This document shows, piece after piece, positions 57,816 to 64,000 of a stretch of DNA of 64,000 bases. The notes beneath the pieces are model-generated. The model did no database searches, was not told the origin of the DNA, and saw nothing but the letters and a program-made list of their open reading frames with translations. The position numbers and the translations under genes were made by a program. The stretch is from Bacteroidia bacterium. GTDB taxonomy: Bacteria > Bacteroidota > Bacteroidia > AKYH767-A > OLB10. Numbering within the stretch: position 1 is the first letter of the stretch; each line of letters starts with the position of its first letter. The DNA lies in contig JAXLTL010000001.1 in the NCBI GenBank assembly GCA_046330075.1, forward strand, positions 396,481 through 460,480. Direction: 5' to 3'.

Positions 57816-58927
57816 AGTATTATATCATTGCCGGAGAGGCCTCGGGTGATTTGCATGGCAGTAACCTGATAAGGGCCATCAGGAAAAAGGATCCTGATGC
57901 TGATTTTCGTTGTTGGGGTGGTGATCTCATGCAGGATGCCGGTGCAGTGATCGTAAAGCATTATCGTGATCTGGCATTCATGGGTTTTCTGGAAGTGGTT
58001 GCAAATCTTCGAACGATCCTTAAAAATCTTGATTTGTGTAAAAAGGACATTCTTGATTATGCCCCGGATACCGTGATCTTTATTGATTACCCCGGTTTCA
58101 ACCTGCGCATGGCCGAATTCGTTAAGCTCGCAGGAATCAAAACGATTTATTACATCTCCCCGCAAATATGGGCTTGGAAGGAGTCCAGGATTCATAAGAT
58201 CAAAAAAAATATTGACCATATGCTCGTTATTCTCCCTTTTGAAAAGGAGTTTTACAGGAAATGGCAAATGGAGGTGGATTTTGTCGGACATCCGTTATTG
58301 GATGCAATCGGACATCAGGCTTGGTCAGCATCTGATTGGCGCTCGAATAACAGGATTCCTGAAAACAGTAAAATACTGGCAATTTTACCGGGTAGCCGTA
58401 AACAGGAAATAACAACCATGCTGCCAATTATGCTGGAAACAGCAGAACGGATGAAGGATTTCCATTGCATTATCGCAATGGCTCCGTCTCAACCCGAGCG
58501 ATTTTATCGTGAAATTATTGGCGACCGCACGGATGTTACCTTGATGCAGGGAGAAACTTATGCGATTCTTTCGCAGGCAAGATTGGCCATGGTAACCAGC
58601 GGAACTGCAACGCTTGAAACAGCATTGTTCAATGTTCCTGAAGTGGTATGTTATAAAGGAAATGTAGTATCATACTGGATTGCAAGGCAGCTTGTAAAAG
58701 TTAAGTATATCTCATTGGTTAACCTCGTAATGGATCATGAAGTGGTGAAGGAACTGATACAGGATGAATTTTCAGCAGATCGATTATTTATGGAATTAAA
58801 GAAGCTTGCGGCAGATGGACCGGAACGCTCCGCCATGATGAACCAATATGCAGAGCTGAAGAAAAAGCTTGGAGGACAAGGCGCATCTGAAAACGCAGCA
58901 GCACTAATTATCAAATATTTATCGTAG
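57812..58927 (+). CDS. lpxB: Lipid-A-disaccharide synthase
   Basis: Begins MKYYIIAGEASGDLHGSNLIRAI, the canonical LpxB N-terminus; 371 aa. Confidence 0.9.
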   Translation: MKYYIIAGEASGDLHGSNLIRAIRKKDPDADFRCWGGDLMQDAGAVIVKHYRDLAFMGFLEVVANLRTILKNLDLCKKDILDYAPDTVIFIDYPGFNLRMAEFVKLAGIKTIYYISPQIWAWKESRIHKIKKNIDHMLVILPFEKEFYRKWQMEVDFVGHPLLDAIGHQAWSASDWRSNNRIPENSKILAILPGSRKQEITTMLPIMLETAERMKDFHCIIAMAPSQPERFYREIIGDRTDVTLMQGETYAILSQARLAMVTSGTATLETALFNVPEVVCYKGNVVSYWIARQLVKVKYISLVNLVMDHEVVKELIQDEFSADRLFMELKKLAADGPERSAMMNQYAELKKKLGGQGASENAAALIIKYLS

Positions 58928-58951
58928 TAAATTTAAAGTTTAAATTTAAAT

Positions 58952-58980
58952 AAAAAGGCTGCCCAATCGATGGGCAGCCC
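58952..58980. terminator. Hairpin terminator shared by lpxB (+) and ssb (-); the U-run is better on the minus strand
   Basis: ggctgccca-atcga-tgggcagcc with AT-rich flanks. Confidence 0.65.
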
Positions 58981-59005
58981 GTTCAATTTGCTTTGAAGTG
59001 TTTTG

Positions 59006-59362
59006 TTATTCTTCCACTTCAACATGTTTAGTGGCCTTCACGGCATAAACTTCATTGACCACCACTTCTGTGTAGGTTCGCTTTTGCCCCTGTTTGTCCA
59101 GGTAGGAGCGATTCACGAGTTTCCCTTCAATGGAAACCTGTGTGCCGGTCTGCGTGTTTTTTGCGAAGTACTCGGCTGGTTTTCCCCAGGCAATAAGATT
59201 ATGCCATTGGGTTTCGGTGTGACGTTCACCTTTGTTGTCTTTGTAAGTATCGTTCGTAGCGAGTGATACTTTGGCGAGTTTTTTACCACCGTCGAACTCT
59301 TTGATTTCGGGATTATGCCCGAGGTGTCCCATCAGAAGGACTCTGTTTTTTGTTGGATACAT
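59006..59362 (-). CDS. ssb: Single-stranded DNA-binding protein
   Basis: OB fold: NRVLLMGHLGHNPEIK...TQWHNLIAWGKPAEY...EGKLVNRSY. Start set at the Met preceding this (59362). The C-terminus ends ...HVEVEE without a classic DDDIPF tail. Confidence 0.8.
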   Translation of the reverse strand: MYPTKNRVLLMGHLGHNPEIKEFDGGKKLAKVSLATNDTYKDNKGERHTETQWHNLIAWGKPAEYFAKNTQTGTQVSIEGKLVNRSYLDKQGQKRTYTEVVVNEVYAVKATKHVEVEE

Positions 59363-59806
59363 TGCTTTTGTTTTTAGAGTTTGTTTGAAGAACGATGCCT
59401 GCATCTGTTGTCGACGGTGCAAATATGTGATGGGGTACCGGGGATAGTCGTATGATAAATACTTACATCCGGATACAAATGATTAAACGGCGTCATGTAA
59501 CTGATAATCAAATATATGTGTCAAATGGCAGGAACGATGCTTCGGAATTCTGTAGGATCAACTATAAACCAAACTGCATTCCCCGGATGGGAGGATATAA
59601 AATGTTTGTATCCGTTTATTTTTATGGCGTTATTTAATTAATAATCAGCTAATTAATACAACGCTGTTCAAAATCGGAATTCCATTAACCTTGTAAACGC
59701 ACATTGTGCATATAATTTAGCTGCACGTTCTTAATGACTCACGGAAATTTTTCATTTGGCCGGAGCAATGTTAGCTTGACTATAACCACTTTAAAATAAG
59801 CAATTT

Positions 59807-60292
59807 ATGAAAAAAAACTGTAAAGAATGCGGTGAACCGTTCCTGGGACGGACCGATAAAAAATTCTGCGGAGATCTCTGCAGGAACGCGTATCACAATA
59901 AGTCAAATGGCTACCGAAATGCCTTGATTCGTCATGTAAACCATAAACTCAGGCGCAACCGGAGTATTCTGGCTGAATTGTTCAACCGGGATGTCTTTGA
60001 AATTACGCTGGAGGAACTGAGTTTTCTGGGTTTTGATCTGCGCTTTTACACGCAGGAAAATAAGTTATCGGATCAATGGTTCCGGTTTTGTTATGATTTT
60101 GGGTATCATCTGGATGAAGAAAGCTTATATGTAAGCATTATTGATAAGCCATATAAAAATAGGCGGGAGGCAAGAGAAATTTCAAATGCAGCGGAATCAC
60201 CCGTTAAATACCTTGATGCTGGTGCTGGTAAAGATGTAGCAGTTAGAACCGGAAACGTTGATCCAACCTCAAAGCAAATAGGAAACTCCTGA
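59807..60292 (+). CDS. Hypothetical protein with N-terminal Cys4 zinc-ribbon-like motif
   Basis: CKECGEPF...CGDLC in the first 30 aa; 161 aa; no family recognised. Confidence 0.5.
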   Translation: MKKNCKECGEPFLGRTDKKFCGDLCRNAYHNKSNGYRNALIRHVNHKLRRNRSILAELFNRDVFEITLEELSFLGFDLRFYTQENKLSDQWFRFCYDFGYHLDEESLYVSIIDKPYKNRREAREISNAAESPVKYLDAGAGKDVAVRTGNVDPTSKQIGNS

Positions 60293-60447
60293 TGGATTGG
60301 AGGTTTTCAGTGACGGGTTAATCCAGGTCCGATGATTATCGCTATTTAACATAACTGGTGATATCAATGGATTTACCGGCCATAATTCCGCCAATCCTTC
60401 ATTATAATGTTATGACGTTATGTTAACATAGCTTCGGTAGTGCGTTG

Positions 60448-60609
60448 CCGTTATCATTAAAGGTTGCGACCTCTGCGCAAAAACCGAAGCGGATTAAGTA
60501 GCTTTGAAAAAGCGAAAGACGCTGTTTTTGCGCAGAGGTCGCAACCGTTCGCAAGGGAGGCGTGTCAGCGAATGCTGACCGAGAGCATCCCGAAGCGATT
60601 AATGATAAC
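60448..60609. other. Multi-hairpin inverted-repeat element at the left boundary of the AT-rich island (candidate structured ncRNA or element terminus)
   Basis: Nested IRs: outer cgttatcattaa / ttaatgataac; inner perfect 23-bp ggttgcgacctctgcgcaaaaac / gtttttgcgcagaggtcgcaacc with a 39-nt loop; third hairpin gtcagc-gaat-gctgac. Confidence 0.6.
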
Positions 60610-60670
60610 AGGGATGGATGCTTATTTCGGTTTCGGAAGTGGTGGAGGGATACTTTCGGGTGGTTGTATC

Positions 60671-61087
60671 TTAATGACAATGGCACTTGTGGTAAAACTC
60701 CCATATCTGAATCAAAGTGTACCAAAGGGCAAAGACACCAATTACCGCTAATGCCAATTGCAAGCGGTTCGCATCTTTTTGTATCCGTATTTGGAGCAAT
60801 TGTAATTCTTGATTTTTACGATCACGAAAATCACGATCAAGTTTCTGCCGATGATACCCACCGCTTTCTATAAAGTAGGTTCCTAAAAATGTAATTGATA
60901 TGGTGGTATGATGAGGATCGTGATGTTCATTTATAATTTTCGCATATTTATCCTCAGTTAACTTATCTATAACTAACATCAAATCATCAGCAGTTAAGCT
61001 GTGTCCGAATCTATTGATACACGCCAATAACGAATCCTCTTGTTTTATGTCTGTGATAAAAGTCTTCTTGTAAATATTTAGCCTCAT
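60671..61087 (-). CDS. Hypothetical protein with C-terminal TM anchor (island-encoded)
   Basis: 138 aa with a soluble N-terminal roughly 100 aa and a C-terminal hydrophobic helix LALAVIGVFALWYTLIQIW. Lies in the low-GC segment. Confidence 0.45.
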   Translation of the reverse strand: MRLNIYKKTFITDIKQEDSLLACINRFGHSLTADDLMLVIDKLTEDKYAKIINEHHDPHHTTISITFLGTYFIESGGYHRQKLDRDFRDRKNQELQLLQIRIQKDANRLQLALAVIGVFALWYTLIQIWEFYHKCHCH

Positions 61088-61358
61088 GAATCATATAATA
61101 ACTACTGCAAAAATTATCGGATTAACCTTATCTGCAATCGGGTTTATCCTATCTTGTTATTTGTACTATAAATACATCTGGAAGATGACACCAGAGGAAT
61201 TTTGGTCAACATATACGGTATATGGAAGCGACAAACTGAGCGAAAAAGCCAAGAACAATAAGCGTAATCCCTACCTTAGATCGTTGGTATATTTTTTTAT
61301 TATACTCGCTATTCTTGTCTGTTATCTGCTCGTAATACGTTTCAATTTTAACTTTTGA
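61086..61358 (+). CDS. Alternative small two-TM membrane ORF (overlaps 61206-61433 on the opposite strand; only one is likely real)
   Basis: 90 aa MNHIITTAKIIGLTLSAIGFILSCYLYYKY...FFIILAILVCYLLVI. Its ATG overlaps the start codon of the divergent 60671-61087 gene. Confidence 0.25.
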   Translation: MNHIITTAKIIGLTLSAIGFILSCYLYYKYIWKMTPEEFWSTYTVYGSDKLSEKAKNNKRNPYLRSLVYFFIILAILVCYLLVIRFNFNF

Positions 61359-61433
61359 TGGTAGTCCGTAGATATACAATAAAATTGATCCGATAAGACC
61401 TAATACTTGTCCTGCAATGTTTAGTATTTCCAT
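61206..61433 (-). CDS. Hypothetical small two-TM membrane protein (island-encoded); mutually exclusive with the + strand ORF 61086-61358
   Basis: 76 aa from the internal Met (MEILNIAGQVLGLIGSILLYIYGLP...LIVLGFFAQFVASIYRIC); same strand as 60671-61087. Confidence 0.35.
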   Translation of the reverse strand: MEILNIAGQVLGLIGSILLYIYGLPSKVKIETYYEQITDKNSEYNKKIYQRSKVGITLIVLGFFAQFVASIYRIC

Positions 61434-61633
61434 ATCCCAAAAATAGCAAATCCGCTTTAGCGGATGCCGCTTATCATCCCGCACACGCATGAACGTTGCC
61501 GTAACGCTGACAACGCACACGGCAATGTTAGGGAGAGTGCGGGATCAGAAACGATGATCCATCCCGTGTGTGCGGCTATTTAGCATAGCGTGAATTATAT
61601 GGCGAAGACATATAATTAACATTATGTTAAATA

Positions 61634-61681
61634 GCAATTAATTAAAAATGAGGCAGTTATGCCCCATTTTTAATTAATTGC
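61634..61681. terminator. AT-rich near-perfect 21-bp inverted repeat immediately downstream of the TPR gene stop (terminator and/or island boundary)
   Basis: gcaattaattaaaaatgaggc-agttat-gccccatttttaattaattgc. Confidence 0.55.
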
Positions 61682-62824
61682 TTATTTACCTTCCATTGCC
61701 TTTTTCACTTCATCAGCTTTTTTCATATCCCCTAACCGAAGATAAATCTGCTTTAAACTTTGAAGTGTGCTCATGTCTTTTGGACTCAGCTCTCTTGCCT
61801 TTTCCAGGTATGGCAATGCTTCCTTGAACTTAGCTTCAAACTTCTTCTTGGCAGCATCATATTCAGCAATCTTATTAGCCGGTATGCTGTTGGCTTTATT
61901 GCTAAGATCTGCTCCTTCATTGAAGAACATCGCTCCTAAGTTGTATGCCGCATCGAAATAATCAGGTTTCAATTCCAGGGCGCGCTTGTATGCCGCTACC
62001 GCTTCTTCTTTTTTCCCTAATTTATCAGCAAGATTGCCTTTAATGTATTGTAATACAGCATTGTTTGGGTCCGACTTGATAGCGTCTTCATTTTGTGCAT
62101 AGGCTTCTTTGTCCTTACCTGATGAAAGATAGATATTAAGCCCCTGTGTAATCAAAGTACCGTCTTCCGGATATTTTTGACGACCCTGGTTAATTGTCAT
62201 TAAGGCATTAGCGGTATCCTTTTGCTCCAGATACATGTTCGCCATCAGACTGTACAATTTTGATCCACCATAGTTGGCATCTGCCAGTAGTTTGAAGTTA
62301 TTCAGTGCTGTTGAGGCATTGCCTGATTTATCTGCTGCTAATCCGGCATTGTAAATGGCAAGGGTGTCGAGACGGTTGAAGTACTTTTTGTTGATATCGG
62401 CACTGGTCTGGAATAACTTGAATGCTTCAGCGAATTTACCGTCTTTATAGAAGTCTACTCCACCGTTAAGTGACTGAGATGCAAGAATTTCAAGACGTTT
62501 CATCAAATCGTCCTTGTATTCACTTTTCGTATCCAGTTCGAGCGTTTTTTCATAGGACTTTCTGGCTTCTTCCAATGCTCCCGGTTTCAAGGCTGCGAAT
62601 TTTGGATTAGTGGTTTCATGTAATGCATGATAGATCAATCCCCGGTAATACCATGCTTTTGACATGCCCATAGAAGATTCATTGGTACATGCCCCATCTA
62701 TAGCTTCCTTAGCTTTGTCGAGGTCTTCGTAACGTAAATAGTTGATGGCTGTTTGAACAGCCGCTTTTTGGGCACTTGCATGAATTGAAATGAATACTGC
62801 AAGTAAAACCAATAAACGTTTCAT
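61682..62824 (-). CDS. Tetratricopeptide-repeat (TPR) secreted protein
   Basis: Signal peptide MKRLLVLLAVFISIHASAQ, then multiple TPR-like helices (AWYYRGLIYHAL..., AIYNAGLAADKSG..., AAYNLGAMFFNEG...). Confidence 0.75.
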   Translation of the reverse strand: MKRLLVLLAVFISIHASAQKAAVQTAINYLRYEDLDKAKEAIDGACTNESSMGMSKAWYYRGLIYHALHETTNPKFAALKPGALEEARKSYEKTLELDTKSEYKDDLMKRLEILASQSLNGGVDFYKDGKFAEAFKLFQTSADINKKYFNRLDTLAIYNAGLAADKSGNASTALNNFKLLADANYGGSKLYSLMANMYLEQKDTANALMTINQGRQKYPEDGTLITQGLNIYLSSGKDKEAYAQNEDAIKSDPNNAVLQYIKGNLADKLGKKEEAVAAYKRALELKPDYFDAAYNLGAMFFNEGADLSNKANSIPANKIAEYDAAKKKFEAKFKEALPYLEKARELSPKDMSTLQSLKQIYLRLGDMKKADEVKKAMEGK

Positions 62825-62849
62825 AATGTGTGTTTTATGGTTAATTTAA

Positions 62850-64000
62850 TTATGGTTGATCTGCTGTTTCTCCTGCAGATGGCTCATCGCTTTCAGGAGT
62901 GTTGTCAGCTGAGTTTTCCGGAAGGTTTTGTGTGTCGGTTTCTACCGTGTTTTCTGTTTCACCCGTGATCGCTTCTTCAGAAATCTCGGTCTTGAGCAGG
63001 TGCTCTTCTACTTTTGCAACGCTGGCGATTTCGTCTTCTTCGTCTAAACGAATCAGTTTAACACCCTGCGTCGCTCGGCCCATAACCCGAAGCTCGTCAA
63101 CCGGAATCCGGATGGTGGTACCTTTCTTAGTGATGATCATAAGGTCGTCGCCGTCGATTACAGATTTAATGCCAACCAGCTGTCCGGTTTTGTCAGTTAC
63201 CTGTAATGTTTTTACGCCCTTACCTCCACGGTTTGTCACCCGGTAATCTTCCAGATCGGATCGCTTGCCATATCCCTTTTCTGAAACTACCAGGATGGTT
63301 TCCTTGGCAGCATCTTCAATACAAACCATACCAATGACTTCATCGTTGGCATCTTCAAGTGTTACACCCCGAACCCCGGATGCGTTGCGTCCCATTGGGC
63401 GAACAGTTGACTCGTTGAATCGAATCGCCCTGCCGGACTTCACGGCCAACAGTATTTCATTTGTACCGTTGGTCAGCCTTGCTTCTATCAACTCATCACC
63501 ATCATTAATTGTGATCGCATTGATACCTGTTTGACGGGGTCGTGAATAAGCCTCGAGCAGCGTTTTCTTGATTGTACCCTGACGGGTGCAAAGGATGATA
63601 TGGTTATTGTTCAGGTAATCGTCGTCGTCGAGATTTTTAACATTGACGAAGGCTTTTACTTTGTCATCCGGTGTAATGCTGATCAGATTCTGAAGTGCCC
63701 GGCCTTTTGAATTCTTGGTGCCTTCCGGAATTTCGAAAATGCGCAACCAGAAACATTTACCCTTTTCGGTGAACAGCAACAGATAGTTGTGGTTAGTGGC
63801 AATAAACAGATGTTCTACGAAATCTTCGTCGCGCGTTGCAGCACCGGCGGATCCGCGGCCTCCTCTGCCCTGACTCCGGTATTCATTCAGACTGGTACGC
63901 TTGATATATCCCATATGTGAGATGGTTATCACCACCGCTTCATCGGCAATCATGTCTTCCAGCGAAATGTCATCGGCCATGTAAACAATCTCTGTACGAC
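62850..64000 (-). CDS. gyrA: DNA gyrase subunit A, C-terminal beta-pinwheel domain plus acidic tail (partial; N-terminus beyond the window)
   Basis: Repeated GyrA-CTD blades (...ISHMGYIKRTSLNEYRSQGRGGRG..., ...AKVEEHLL...). The reading frame stays open to the window edge. Acidic C-terminal tail ETENTVETDTQNLPENSADNTPESDEPSAGE. Confidence 0.85.
   Translation of the reverse strand, partial: RTEIVYMADDISLEDMIADEAVVITISHMGYIKRTSLNEYRSQGRGGRGSAGAATRDEDFVEHLFIATNHNYLLLFTEKGKCFWLRIFEIPEGTKNSKGRALQNLISITPDDKVKAFVNVKNLDDDDYLNNNHIILCTRQGTIKKTLLEAYSRPRQTGINAITINDGDELIEARLTNGTNEILLAVKSGRAIRFNESTVRPMGRNASGVRGVTLEDANDEVIGMVCIEDAAKETILVVSEKGYGKRSDLEDYRVTNRGGKGVKTLQVTDKTGQLVGIKSVIDGDDLMIITKKGTTIRIPVDELRVMGRATQGVKLIRLDEEDEIASVAKVEEHLLKTEISEEAITGETENTVETDTQNLPENSADNTPESDEPSAGETADQP

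Noticed and set aside
60423-60873. ORFs 60423-60725 (-), 60464-60751 (+), 60562-60873 (+)
   Set aside because: They lie across the nested inverted-repeat element, where both strands read open by symmetry. No motif or signal supports them, so they are treated as structured non-coding DNA.

Overview
This 64-kb window is Bacteroidetes chromosomal DNA with mostly conserved housekeeping content. Evidence for the phylum: many proteins end in T9SS/Por C-terminal sorting domains, and there are lipoprotein-type BamD, LptF/G, LpxB and histone-H1-like proteins. About 70 genes are dense on both strands. The recognisable ones include a PAS histidine kinase with a response regulator (off the 5' edge), hbd, alkB, ndk, nrnA, two FKBP isomerases, bamD-rpoZ, coaBC-DUF4835-recN, fabI, AIM24/TIGR00266, recF, coaD, rsmD, a RecD-like helicase, a LolD-like ABC ATPase, lptF/G, a GT4 glycosyltransferase, rplS, tRNA-Arg(ACG), an amino-acid permease, a WbaP-like sugar transferase, pcm, hsp20, surE, lpxB, ssb, and the C-terminal part of gyrA (off the 3' edge). 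Four places stand out. (1) A gene for a T9SS-secreted protein (25475-26998) is followed by a tandem array of about 525-bp units. Each unit re-encodes a divergent but intact copy of the 71-aa T9SS C-terminal sorting domain with its own ATG, preceded by an in-frame stop, and the array ends in a truncated fourth copy. This looks like a silent-cassette / C-terminal-swapping arrangement and I cannot place it in any described class. (2) An AT-rich island of about 1.3 kb (about 60.3-61.7 kb) is bracketed by multi-hairpin inverted-repeat elements and 'ttatgttaa' direct repeats, and carries small genes for membrane-anchored proteins. (3) tRNA-Arg(ACG) is followed by two tandem 169-bp units, each reduplicating the tRNA 3' end plus terminator hairpins, next to microsatellites. 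(4) A 540-bp convergent intergenic region contains two copies of a 48-bp repeat centred on a perfect 16-bp palindrome, plus an 8-bp x7 tandem repeat abutting a stop codon. There are no CRISPR arrays, rRNA genes, transposases or integrases in the window.
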